A program made the translations under genes and the position numbers. A DNA stretch of 64,000 bases. Source: the human T2T-CHM13v2.0 reference genome, Homo sapiens. Below the pieces are notes generated by a model that saw only the letters and a list, made by a program, of their open reading frames with translations, was not told the DNA's origin and ran no database searches. Below are positions 27,400 through 39,715 of this stretch, piece by piece (position 1 is the first letter of the stretch; each line of letters begins with the position of its first letter). The stretch lies in assembly GCF_009914755.1 (NCBI RefSeq), contig NC_060933.1. One strand, given 5' to 3'.

Positions 27400-27695
27400 C
27401 TTAATAATTTTATCCATTTAAGATTATCTTTTGATGATCACTGTACATGGTAGGAATATATATTTTTAAACTATGGGTATATGTGAGACAAGGACAGACT
27501 CACCCAGGGTATATTCAAGCAATAACACATGTAACTAAATGGCCTTTTGAGGAGGGAGGGTCCTGTCCCTTTAACTTTAGAGCTCTTTGTCTTGCTGGGG
27601 CTAACTTGAAGAGATTGGATGTTGGAGTCGAGCCACAGTGACACTTCATTGAGAGGGCCCAGTGAGGACAGGGGCAGTGGGAGGAAGATTTGGAA

Positions 27696-27912
27696 CAGGG
27701 CTAGCAAACTGAACCATAGGCCAAATCTGGCAGGCACCTATTTTTGTAATTGAAGTTGTATTGAAATGTAATTATATCCATTTGTGTATACATCTATGGC
27801 TTCAATTCCACTACAACAGCAAATCTGAGTGGTTTCAACAGAGACCTCACAGCTGGCGAAGTCTAAAATATTTGCTATTTAGACCTTTACAGAGAAAGCT
27901 TGCTGACCCTTG
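27696..27912. mobile_element. MER58A
   Basis: CAGGGCTAGCAAACT...AGCTTGCTGACCCTTG terminal inverted repeats. Confidence 0.82.
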
Positions 27913-27997
27913 GTTTAGAGTATTAAAATAGACTCAAGGCAGGGTAACCGAAAGAGATCTGGGAAAAAGAACAGAAATGCATTTCCTAATACACTTC

Positions 27998-28711
27998 CAT
28001 GCAGAGAAAAAGGAACTCAATTCCCTGTTGGTAGGAATGTAAACCAGTACAGCCACCATGAAAAATCATACGAAGAGTCCTCATAAAGCTGAAAATAGAA
28101 CTACCATTTGATCCAGCAATCCCACTACTGGGTCTCTACCCAAAGGAAAACAATCAGTATATCAAAGAGATACCTGCACTCATATGTTTACTGCAGCACT
28201 ATTCACAATAGCAAAGATGTGGAATCAACTTAAGTGTTCATAAACAGATGAATGGATACAGAAAATATGGTATATATGCACAATGAAATACTATTTGGCC
28301 ATAACAAAGACTAAAATCATGTCATTTGCAACAACATGGATTAAACTAGAGATCATTATCTTAAGTGAAATAAGCAGGCACAAAAAGACAAATATCACAT
28401 GTTCTCATTTACAAGTGGCAGCTAAAAAATTGGGTCACGTGGAGGTAGAGAGTAGAAAGATGAAGAATATAAACTGGGAAGGGTGAGTGCAGGGGGAGTG
28501 GGAAGACAAAGAGAAGTGGGTTAAAGCGTATGAATATACAGAGGATAGAAAAAATAAATTCACTGATTGATAGTAGAGTAGTATGACTATATTTAAACAA
28601 AAATATACTTTACTCAGGAGCTGGACACCCTAAATACCATGATTTGATCACTGTGCATTATACACATGTAACAAAATTTCACATGTGGCCCATAAATTGG
28701 TACAAAAAAAA
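27998..28711 (+). mobile_element. L1MA 3' end (ORF2 C-terminus, 3' UTR, A-tail)
   Basis: 'gatccagcaatcccactactggg'; ORF 28283-28486 (..IMSFATTWIKLEIIILSEIS) is ORF2p C-terminal-like. Confidence 0.92.
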
Positions 28712-28949
28712 GGCAACTCTATAAAATCTTCCCTAATGTCTAAATTGTTAACTCATGCTTCATGTGAGAAGATTCTTTTTGGAATTCACTAATTGTAGAG
28801 AAGCTATGTGTTCTGGTTGGTGGATGACAAAAATAGATTACTGAAGAAGACAGAGCTGATAGAAAGGTGGGACAGAAGCCATCTGGGAGTTAGATAGATA
28901 TACTTCCAGTATTGGTGATATATATATGTGTGTATTTAAATCATATATT

Positions 28950-28965
28950 TATCTATTGATCTATC

Positions 28966-29021
<56 letters not shown>

Positions 29022-29033
29022 CCCTATCTATCA
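28950..29033. repeat. (TATC)n tetranucleotide STR
   Basis: About 13 consecutive TATC/ATCT units plus degenerate flanks. Confidence 0.95.
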
Positions 29034-30607
29034 TCTTCCTGTCAACCTTAAAAAGGTTTTGAGACAATGTAAAATAAATGCACAGGTATATACTGAAGCC
29101 ATTAACACAAAGTAAAAGGTAGGAGTCAAGATATAAAAGTAGAGAGTAAAGTGAATGTATTAAGAAATCCTGTCTGATAACAGTTTTAATAGTTAAGCAT
29201 AACATGTATATTTATGAGCTTCCTGGTAACCAGGGAAAAGAAGCAGATACATTGGATTGCATAACTCTCTTTGGTCATAAAAAGCAGATGAGCTTAAAAG
29301 GAGAAATGGATATATTGCTGGTTATATTAGCGCTTTGAGATATGCAACATATTCCAAAATACCAGATGAATGTAATCTATGAATTTAAAGCATGCCATTG
29401 CAATGAATTAGGATAATGGCAGATTTTACCAAGTGGAAATACTGAAACTTTTTTTTAATGTAGTTTTATGATTTTTAGTGATGCAGGACTAATGATAAAC
29501 TAATACTAGGGAAGTAGGAGATTCAAGGAAATAAAAAATAAAAAAGAACATCACTTTTCTGGCTTCTGGGGGCTTCCAGTATAGCTGAATGGCTAGAAAA
29601 CTCTATTAGTTACATGGTCCTTAATAACTCCATTGTCATTCAAAGAAGAGAGATGAGTCTGCATTCTTTGCAAAGCTGGGGAAAGTCCTTCTATATCGAT
29701 TAATAATGGATAAAGGAAGAGACATCCATTGGGTATTTGAGAGCTTAATATGTGCTAGGTGCTGCCCATGTAACAATGAGCAAGTCAAACATTATCTCTG
29801 CTTTCATGAAACTTACAGTAAGGTGGGTAAGACAAGAAGTTAAATAAGTAATTATTATATAACCTAATTTATATTAATAACAGACAATTCATGGTGTTAT
29901 GTGTACACAGTAGGGAAATCTTAAGCTGATCTGTCATTCTCTAGGGGACTTCATTGAGGTTAACTCTTCTACCTCTACACTAGCTTGACGAGTAAGGCTC
30001 CAACCCAAACTCTTTCTAGTTCATTTCACTCCCTTCCTCTTCCAGTTTAAAATCTTTCAACATCTCCCCGTGCCTGCAAAATCCTGGTCATGTTTCCTTG
30101 GAAGGCCTCCCTGGCCTTCCCCTTAGCTTTGTTTTCAGCCTCTGATTCCACTCCCTTGACTCCAGGCACACTTCTTTATTCCAACCCCAGTGCCTGACTC
30201 CATTTTTGTGCAGGCGGCATCCTCATTGTGACATCGAAAACCCTTTCATACATCTTTCATTAAAAAAAAAAAAGTTACTGCTCATATATTGCCTCATTTC
30301 TGTGCTTCCTCCCTCAACTTCCAGTAAGAAAGAAATCCTTCTTTCCTCTGTAGGGTTTCATATTATGCTTCTACCTGCAATCAATAATGATGAGAGTACT
30401 AATTACTATTTTACCGTCACAACAACGGCCTACCTTTAGTGAGCTCATATTACGATTTTATGTGCTAAGCACATGATGCTCATAATTTCACTTAGTTTGA
30501 CAATAATCCCACTAATGCTATTATTCACATTTGGCAGATAAAGAAACTGAGACTTGGAGTGGCAAAATGGCTTTTCCAAGTTTTTACTGCTACTAATTGA
30601 CGGAGAA

Positions 30608-30941
30608 AGTAACAAAACAAAACAAAAACTTTACATATACCAACTCAGTCCCCTAAGTAGCTAGGATTGCAGGCATGTGCCACTATGCCTGGCTAATTAA
30701 AAATAAATTTTTGTAGAGTGGAAGTCTCGCTATATTGCCCAGTCTGGTCTTGAACACCTAGGCTAAAGCAATCCTCCTGCCTTGGCCTCCCAAAGTGCTA
30801 GTATTTCAAATGTAAGCCACCACACCTGGCCAGGGGTGAGCCTTTCTTATGTTGACTTGAAGTGTGAGACTCCAAGCTAGCCAAATAAATCACTGGGCTA
30901 CATCTCCAGACAAGAACAACTCTCCCTTCTTTCTTCTCAAA
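30608..30941 (+). repeat. 334-bp direct copy of 32845-33178 (includes a partial AluJ), inserted into a MIR
   Basis: Manual alignment: 5 substitutions, no indels, offset 2237. Confidence 0.96.
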
Positions 30942-32529
30942 GCATTGTTGCACAGGTCTGCCTGATTCCAGAGAAAGTTGCTGTAACCAGTATGTAATTA
31001 TATTACCTGTATTCTAGGTAGCTATGTAGGCCTCTCCCCAAATGCAGTGTAAGCACCTTGAGAATACAGCATGTGGTTTGTACATGTTCATGCCTAGCAG
31101 GCTCCTAATAAATGTTTAAACTGTACATTTACCTAGTAATTTTAAATACAAAATATCAGGAAAAACACGATTTGTTTTAAGGCTTTTTTTTTTTTTTTTT
31201 TTTTTTTTCATTTTACAGAGATCCAAAAACACAGGACCATCCCAGAAAAGAGATCTCAGCTCAGGCCTGGCTTTTTCTCTGGTTCCCTCTTGCTGACTTC
31301 CATCCTCCAAATATCTGTCTCTCCCCACTCTGCCTTTTGCCTCTAAGTGCATGTACTCACACATGTTTTCGAAACAGAAGTAGATAGAAAATGTTGCACA
31401 TAGATGTCTCAGGGGACTGGTGCCTTCTTGGAATGGTTCCTGGAACATAATTGGTGTGCAAAAAGTTTGGATGAACAAACGCTATTTCAAGAAAGAAAGA
31501 AAGAGAGAGAAAGAGAGAGATCTGAATCTGAGTACATTTTAGAAGTTCAAGATCTGAAATTTTTTGAAAAGAAGAATGGCTAATTTCTGAGTTACTCAAA
31601 CTTTTCACATGTACAATCAGTCAAGGCATCTGTCCTCTGGTTATGCTAGATTTATAGGCTTTGTTGGGGACGGAGGCAGGTACTGAAAGATCTAAAGCTT
31701 TGTTTCCTGATGTTAGCAAAATCAGGAAGTGACCTTTTCTCTTTAAAGTGGGCTTTTTCTTTTTTTTTTCAATTTCTATGAAATAGGAAGCTTGGTGGTG
31801 TTGGTTTTGAAGTAAAAATCAATGTATCTCTGCATGGATAGGGCAATTGAGTAAGCTATATCAGATTGGACAGGTACATTAGCTGTACAGTGGTGCATAT
31901 ATTCAGCTGTGAAAAGACAAGCAAAAGAGAAACAGGTGAACCACAGCATAGAGCACCAGTTCATTTTACAGTGATTTTTTTCTTTTTATACTTTTAATTA
32001 CTTCGCCTTCTTAACATTGAACTTTCAGCTGTGCAAAGAAAGGGAGGATTGGAAGACAGTAATTGCCCAAGTGTGGGTGTTTGCTTGATGCCTATGGGCA
32101 GAGGGGCCAGAGAGGGGATAGTCAATGTGGGGGATGCAAAAGGTGTTGAAAATGGAAAGACTGAGTGGAGCAAATTTCTCTGGGAAATTTGTCCTCAGTG
32201 AAGCTATAGAAGACTGAATATTTGAAGAATAGTTCAAAGAGGTGTCTAGGAAATGCAGATCTGGCTTCAACTCCCCTTCCACTTTCTTCTACTCCAAAAC
32301 AAACATCTATGAAGCCCTGCAATAAGGTAGGTGCTTGCAGCCTTTAGGGGGGCCACTCAGTCACCCCAAGTCTCAGTTGTTTCCACTGGTAGCGTGATAA
32401 TAATCATTTTCACTTTTAGAGTGGTTAAAGGATGGATATTGTGTGTTTAAAACACCTGAATCTCCTTGTATAATACATAGCGGGCACTTAATTTACATTT
32501 GTTGAAAGGATCTGAGCCTTTGCTTTCAT

Positions 32530-33068
32530 TTTTCTTTTCTTTTTTTTTTTTCTGAGGTAGGGTCTTGCTCTGTTGCCCAGACTGGAGTACAGTGGCATGA
32601 TCACTGCATGCTGCTCACTGCAGCCTTGACCTCCGGGGCTCAAGCCATCCTCCCACCTCAGTTTATCAATCAGATGTCATTTTCCTCATTAACAATGCCA
32701 TTCCACCTTTATCGGGGAATAGCTTCCAGGGAATAGTGCTATAAGGTTACTCCATAGTCATTTTCCTAAAGAGAAAGCAAAGGCATTTTATTAAAACTTG
32801 ACGTATACCTATGTCTTTATAGCAAGAAAATAAAATATAATAATAGTAACAAAACAAAACAAAAACTTTACATATACCAGCTCAGTGCCCTAAGTAGCTA
32901 GGATTGCAGGCATGTGCCACTATGCCTGGCTAATTAAAAATAAATTTTTGTAGAGTGGAAGTCTCGCTATATTGCCCAGTCTGGTCTTGAACACCTAGGC
33001 TAAAGCAATCCTCCTGCCTTGGCCTCCCAAAGTGCTAGTATTACAAATGTAAGCCACCACACCTGGCC
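32530..33068 (-). mobile_element. AluJ interrupted by a templated insert at 32658-32880
   Basis: The Alu breaks at 'cctcccacctcagt' and resumes at 'ctcagtgccctaagtagctagg'. Confidence 0.92.
32658..32880 (+). repeat. ~223-bp direct copy of 34981-35208
   Basis: Manual alignment: 8 substitutions and one AAAAC-unit indel, offset 2323. Confidence 0.96.
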
Positions 33069-33221
33069 AGGGGTGAGCCTTTCTTATGTTGACTTGAAGT
33101 GTGAGACTCCAAGCTAGCCAAATAAATCATTGGGCTACATCTCCAGACAAGAACAACTCTCCCTTCTTTCTTTTCAAATCACCCAAGACAATCTTTTCAC
33201 TTTTCTCCCATCTTCCACACT

Positions 33222-33546
33222 CCCAGTTATCCATTTGTAAGCTGTTGATTTCTTTGGGGGCATTGTCCCCATAAACTTTTTGTAAAGCATCATTGATTTC
33301 ACCATTCTTCCACTCAAGCTTCACCAAAAATTTGATGTTTGTTCTTGCTTCCATTCTAGCAGAATTCACTTCATTCTGATATGGGAGCTTTTCAAACTAT
33401 ATTTCCTTTTTAGTGCCTCAAACTAAATCTGTTTCAGACATGTTATAACAAGTTAGTATGAGTTTATTTTGGTGCAAAACATTTTTGAACTTCATGGAGT
33501 TTGTTCACAATATGCATTTTTCATAAAGTTTTTTGAAGACCTCTTG
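33222..33546 (-). mobile_element. HSMAR2 mariner 5' fragment (TIR plus start of a frameshifted transposase)
   Basis: ORF MNSARMEARTNIKFLVKLEWKNGEINDALQKVYGDNAP matches the Hsmar2 transposase N-terminus and continues as KKSTAYKWIT after a +1 frameshift. TIR 'ttttgaagacctcttg' is followed by TA. Confidence 0.9.
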
Positions 33547-34470
33547 TATTTATCTCTTTTGTTTTCACATTTTATGTATTTTCATTTCAAATAAAAAATG
33601 TGTGATTGTATTATTTTTATAATACAATGCATTATATTATGTGTTATTTTTTATAAAGAAGGTACTGGAAACAACTCATAATCCTTACCCATAGAGAAGA
33701 CTATAAGTAATATCTTGGGACCATATGGAATATATGTTATATGGTTGTTTTCATTTTTAATACATGTGGTTTCCTATTTCTCATAGGAAAATCTAGTATT
33801 TCCTTATCTAAACACCAGGCATGACTTCTCACTACCTCTTTCCAGGGAATGTGGAATATATAAAAATAAAATTAAATTTCTCCCTCTGAAGCCAGCCCAC
33901 AGAGTAGTTGACCCAGCCCTGTGTGCCCTTTTCTTTGTTCTCCAAAAAGTTGCTTTCCGGGGTAGCCCATTCTGTTCTTCACTTCAAAAGATGTTAGTAT
34001 AGCTGATGAACAGCTGGACAGAATGGGAACTGGGAGAGAATAAAGTATCAGTCTAAGGGCCTCACTGTGCCAATTTGGCAACACTATAGAAGACAATTCC
34101 TCTGCTGTCAGAGAGCTGGAACCCATGCATGGCTGGAAAAGCAGGAAGGACTCTCTTGGCCTTGAGCTTCTCCCATGAAGTCCTGCCTTTAATTTCCCTG
34201 TAGATGTTTATTGGAGGGTCCAGGCTGAGCGAAACTGGCCCAGCTCTCCTGGACTTCATGGGACCAGGGGAGCCTTGTGTTCTAGTCTACATGGATTTTC
34301 TCTTATTGTCTTTTTCTCTTGCTTTCATGTGATGGAGCTTGGTAAACATTTCTGAGGGAAGGTAATAAAGCCTAACTGTTAATACACTTAAAACATTGAG
34401 GGAAATTGTTGTCTAGGCTGTGTTGGGACTGGAGGCTATTTGATTAGCCATAGTCCTGGTTCATTCATAC

Positions 34471-34636
34471 CGCTGCCTCTCAAACTTTAACTGTGCGTAA
34501 GAGTCATGGTGAGACCTTGTTAAACTGTAGATTCTAATTTAGTAGGTCTGTAGGGGAGGAGGTTGACTGCATTTCTCACAAGTCCTGGGAAAATGCTGAT
34601 ACTCCTTCTCCAAGATGCATACTTTGAATAGCAAGG
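34471..34636. mobile_element. MER5A1
   Basis: 'ctcaaactttaactgtgcgtaagagtca..tactttgaatagcaagg'. Confidence 0.7.
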
Positions 34637-36168
34637 AAAAGTAATCAAAGTCACATGACCACAGTGGTCAATTTCACTTAGAAGAGTGTTCCAGAGGAAA
34701 CACAGCAGGCCAAGAGGGCAGCATCAAGCATATCATCTTTTTGGTGTGAGTCTTCATGGCAGTCCAAGGGCCAGGCTCCTCCTCCCACCAAAAACACAGG
34801 TGTTGTTGTTGTTGTAGAGACTACAAGATTAAGTATGGGAACCATCCTAGCTTAAAAACTCAAAGCTCCATAGGAACCAATATCTGTTATAACAGCATCC
34901 AGGTCTTGCACTATGGGAAGCTCAAATCTATGCCTTCCCTCCAGGTATTCATATTCATTCACAATTTGCCCAGTGTAGAATCAGTTTATCAATCAGATGT
35001 CATTTTCCTCATTAACAATGCCATTCCACCTTTATCAGGGAATAGCTTCCAGGGAATAGTGCTATAAAGTTACCCCATAGTCATTTTCCTACAGAGAAAG
35101 CAAAGGCATTTTATTAAAACTTGACATATACCTCTGTCTTTATAGCAAGAAAATAAAATATAATAATAATAACAAAACAAAACAAAACAAAAACTTTACA
35201 TATACCAATTTGTTTTAAGTTCATGAGCATACAAGGCCACCAGGAAGTCTACAATAACCTGTCTGCCTTGCAATTAGAGTGAGGCCATGTGGCCAGTTTG
35301 AGGCCATGGAATATGATTGTGAGTTAGGTATTTCTCTGAGCAATTTCTCAGCCAGCTAGATGGCTGCAGGCAGATGATCCAGTAAACTTTACTTAGTAAA
35401 GGATTCCAGGGAAGACTTTTGGGGATGATGAAGCCTCAAGGTGGAGGGAGAACAATAGAATGGGCAGAGAGGTGTCTGGTAAGAATTGTGTATGATATAA
35501 CTACCTTAACCCCATAATTTATTGTTTAAACCAGAATGCCTAAGAGGCAAATGGGGGGCTCTTTTATTAATAACCATAATGAATTACACTGAGACAACAG
35601 GCATAAATGGAGATTTTCCTAGCCAAACCATGACATATAAGGTCATTCTAGCTATAATCCCTGTTGTTATCATCCAAGAAATTCGTCAGTGAAAAACAAT
35701 GTGATTTATCACTGCGTTTAGGACTGTGTGTATGTGTGGGAGGGAGGGATATAATGAAGCATTGAATCTGGCTTCCAGGTAGATATGGGGCAAAATCAGA
35801 GACCGTTCATGGTGATCTATTCACATTTGAGTAGCATGAATGAGAAAATTCAGGGCTACAGAGGAGATGATGTTCCAATGTCACATCACAAGCTGATGGT
35901 TGAACCAGGCCTCAAACCCTTGATCTCTTTCTTTCTTTTTCCACTGTTCCACTCTGCCTCTTTGCATTAGTCAGGAAAATACCAGGATATGCAGCAGTGA
36001 CAAATAAGCCCTGAAATATCAGGGGCTTAATAAAAGAAAAATGTATTTCTCACTTGTTTGAAGTATAATAGGTGACAAGTAGCCCTGTTAACCTACAAGG
36101 TGGTAATGGAGGGGAAGACTGTGGAATATTGCACACGGGATATTTTTTGGGTCAGGCATGGGAATGAC

Positions 36169-36171
36169 ATA

Positions 36172-36230
<59 letters not shown>

Positions 36231-36238
36231 GTATATAT
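36169..36238. repeat. (TA)n microsatellite
   Basis: About 23 TA units. Confidence 0.95.
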
Positions 36239-36505
36239 AAAATCTTTCTCTCTCTAGCACTGCTGTCTGCATTCGATTAACCAGGACTCAGTCATGTGAC
36301 CTGCATCCAAGTACAAGTAAGGGAAATGTGCTCCTTCTGTGTGTCCAGGAAGAGGAAATAATGTGGTGGACATAAAGCGTTTTCTTTGCACACTTTTTCA
36401 GAACTATGCTTTAACAATTGTGTAAGAAACTATATAAGTAAGGTTGAAGTATCCATGAGTGCAGCAAATTGTCCCCCACCCCCACTCCCATCCATTGCAG
36501 GAGAC

Positions 36506-36722
36506 TGCATTAGTCTTCTTGGGCTGCTATAATAAAATACCTTAGACTGGGTGGCTTAAACAACAGACATTTATTTCTCACAGTTTTGGGGGCTGGGAAG
36601 TCAGAGATCAGAGTGCCAGCAGGGTCAGGTTCTGATGAGGGCCCCCTTCATGGCTTGCAGATGGCTGCCTTCTTGCTGCATCCTACATGGTGGAAAGAGA
36701 GGGAGCAAGCTCTCTGGTCTCT

Positions 36723-36770
<48 letters not shown>

Positions 36771-37225
36771 AGACGGAGTCTCGCTCTGTCGCCCAGGCTG
36801 GACTGCGGACTGCAGTGGCGCAATCTCGGCTCACTGCAAGCTCCGCTTCCCGGGTTCAACGCCATTCTCCTGCCTCAGCCTCCCCAGTAGCTGGGACTAC
36901 AGGCGCCCGCCACCGCGCCCGGCTAATTTTTTGTATTTTTAGTAGAGACGGGGTTTCACCTTGTTAGCCAGGATGGTCTCGATCTCCTGACCTCATGATC
37001 CACCCGCCTCGGCCTCCCAAAGTGCTGGGATTACAGGCGTGAGCCACCGCGCCCGGCCTCTGGTCTCTTCTTATAAGGGAACTAATGCCATCACAAGATC
37101 CTTCCCCTTATAACCTCATGTAAATCTAATTACCCCTAAAGGCCCTACCTCCAAATATCATCACATTGGAGGTTAGGGCTTCAACATATAAATTCTGGGG
37201 GGACACAAGCATTCAGTCCACAACA
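36506..37225 (-). mobile_element. MaLR solo LTR (MLT1A-like) split by a young Alu
   Basis: 'gggctgctataataaaatacc..ggcttaaacaacagacatttatttctcacagtt' ... 'ttcaacatataaattctggggggacaca..ttcagtcca'. Confidence 0.85.
36727..37058 (-). mobile_element. Full-length human-specific AluYb (Yb11 diagnostics)
   Basis: Yb 7-bp duplication GCAGTCCGCAGTCC, GGATCATGAGG, AACAAGGTG, CTACTGGGG, GGCGTTGAACC, GTCCAGCC. All CpGs intact, pure T45 run (36725-36769), 14-bp TSD TCTGGTCTCTTCTT (36713-36726, 37059-37072). Confidence 0.96.
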
Positions 37226-37916
37226 GATAGCTTCTTTCATTTCCTTCCTATGCCCCGGATACTCTGCAATTGGAACTATGCACATTTGGGTTGTGGCCCA
37301 CCTGTGAATCTGGGAGCTGAGATCTCTGGTCATGTGTCTTTTTGATGCATCAGCTTCTTGAAATGCCTACCTTTAGAGCTCTTGAAATAAGGAGGATGAA
37401 GGAAATTTATGAAGAGGGGTGTGAAATTTATGAAAAGTGATTACTATGGCACGAAGGGAGAGAGGTTGTCTGTTCATTCATTTAACACATTTTTTGAGCA
37501 CTAAATGCAAGACATTATTCTAGAACTAGAGACACAAGGGTGGACAATAACAAACATGCTTGCTGCATGTTTGAGAAAAACATCCTCAAGGAGTTTTTTC
37601 TCTTATTTGGCAACATATACATTATTTTTGTGTTTATTTGAATAATATCTAATTATGGGTTATAATTAGTGCTATGAAGAAAAGGTACTAGTCATATGAA
37701 TGGGCACGATCGGGGCATCCAATCCAATTTGGGGTATGTAAAAACTTCCTGGAGCTAGTAATATTAGATTAGAGATCTGAAAGATAATTTGGAAGTAGAG
37801 TAGTAATTGATGATGTGGTCAATGATGATAATGATGATGGCATTTATTGAGACCTTACTATGTGTCAGGCTCTGTTTTATGTGCCTTGCATGTATTATCT
37901 TGATTATTTCATACAG

Positions 37917-38122
37917 CAGGGGTGTCCAATCTTTTGGCTTCCCTGGGCCACACTGGAAGAAGAATTGTCTTGGGCCACACGTAAAATATGCTAACACTAG
38001 CGTTTGCTGATGAGCTAAAAAAATTGCAAAATACCTCGTAATGTTTTAAGAAAGTTTACAAATTTGTGTTGGGCTGCATTCAAAGCCATTCTGGTCTGCG
38101 GGCCATGAGTTGGACAAGTTTG
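37917..38122 (+). mobile_element. MER30 inside a MIR
   Basis: CAGGGGTGTCCAATCTTTTGGCTTCCCTGGGCCACA...TTGGACAAGTTTG. Confidence 0.9.
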
Positions 38123-39267
38123 CCTTACAGTCATTCTACAATCTAGTTATTAATATTACCCCCTTTCTGTTTTTTTGTTGTTGTTGTTTAAAGACAAAAC
38201 TAGCTGGAGAAAAGAGAGTTGCATTTCCTACCAAAAAGGAACAAGTACAAAGACCCTGTGGTTGGAGAGAACATGGCATATGACACATTTGAGGAACTGA
38301 AGGAAAGTATTTGGAATTATGCTGTGTACGATGCTAAAGGAAAAAGACTTCCTCCTTTCCCATCAAAGTGACAATGTGTTGGGGAGGGAGGAGAGAAGGA
38401 AATGTGGAAGTTTGTGTTTCGGTGTTAAATGTAATGGTCTATAAATTATACTTCCATGTAATATGAACTTATGGAAATTTTGATTTAAAGAGGTTGTGTC
38501 TGGATTCCTTGCAATGGTACTGCAAGATCTCAGAGAAATGTAGACTTTTGGAAGATGTGTAAAACCCCAATTCCAAGAGAAGGGGACTCAGATTTTGCTA
38601 GTATTTTCCATCTTTTGAAGCTAAAAAGTTGGGTATGGGAGCTACTGAGGTTTTTTAAAGAACAGAGTTTAAGGAGAATACTCCCACTCAACCTCATTTA
38701 AATCTGCAATGTGTATTGGGGAAGATAACAATTTTGTATAATACAGTGATAGCTTATCTAGTCTGGCTCAGCGTGTTTCACAGGAGGTTAATGGGAAAGA
38801 CTTTCTCATCTCAGAAAATGATCAGCTCTCTTTGAAGTTAGAATTTGAGTCTCTATGCTAGGCAGCATTTTGTTTTCATTTCATTGATTTAGATGTGAAA
38901 TGTTCTGGCATTTCTTAATTCTGCAGAGGAGGTTTGTTTCTTTGAAGCTGAGATGTATGTGTGCATAATTATATGTGTCACACACATATTGACACATGTC
39001 TACATATCTGATGGATCCATGTGTTCACTCATTTATTAGCAAGTATTTATTCAACATCTGTTATATGCTACATTCTGTGAATGCTTCAGTGAGCTCACTA
39101 AATAAGGTTCCTGTTTCATGGCCATGGAGTTCACAATCTGAAGGTGCTTATAGACATAAGCAAAAAGATAAATGTAGAATTAAAAATGTTATTGACTACT
39201 AAGAAGAAAAACAATAGGTTGGTATGTATGAGGCAGAATAATCAGAGTGTCTACCTAAGAATGAGTG

Positions 39268-39715
39268 GTGTGTTTGGTAGCTTCTGTTTGTCCCAGCAGC
39301 CCCTTTTCCCACCCTTCCTCGCCCTTCCTGGGAGCCTTTCTGCATCGACTGCTTTAAAGGGTTCCTCTGCGTCCAGTGGGGATTGGCCATTGAGATGGTG
39401 GGTGAAGAATGAGGCTGGGTTATTTACTTTCCTGGCTCTCTCCACGTCATATCTCTATTTGATTGAAACTCTCCACTGAAGGCCATCAATTCTCAATTCT
39501 TTAAGGTGGCCCTTACACTTACACTCTCCAGGTTCTGGTACATTCCCTTCCCTCCTGCTTCCGGCCTCCCCAGCTGATGGTAGCCATAGGGTACCACACT
39601 ATCTCTTGTTGGTGTCCCTAAACCCTGTCCATAACTTTGTATATGGCTTCTTTGTGAACATTTTACCCCGTTTGGAATATGACACCTGTTTCCTGCCGAG
39701 GCCCTGACTGATGTA
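39268..39715 (+). mobile_element. LTR33-like ERVL LTR within an L2
   Basis: 3' end 'cctgtttcctgccgaggccctgactgat'. Confidence 0.65.

Noticed and set aside
33127-33369. Mariner transposase gene
   Set aside because: An HSMAR2 fossil: no true ATG, a frameshift after ~38 codons, and truncated.
30608-35208. Assembly artefact or L1 3' transduction as the cause of the duplications
   Set aside because: The copies differ by 1.5-3.5% in a consistent order, and they have no poly(A) tail or L1-type TSD.
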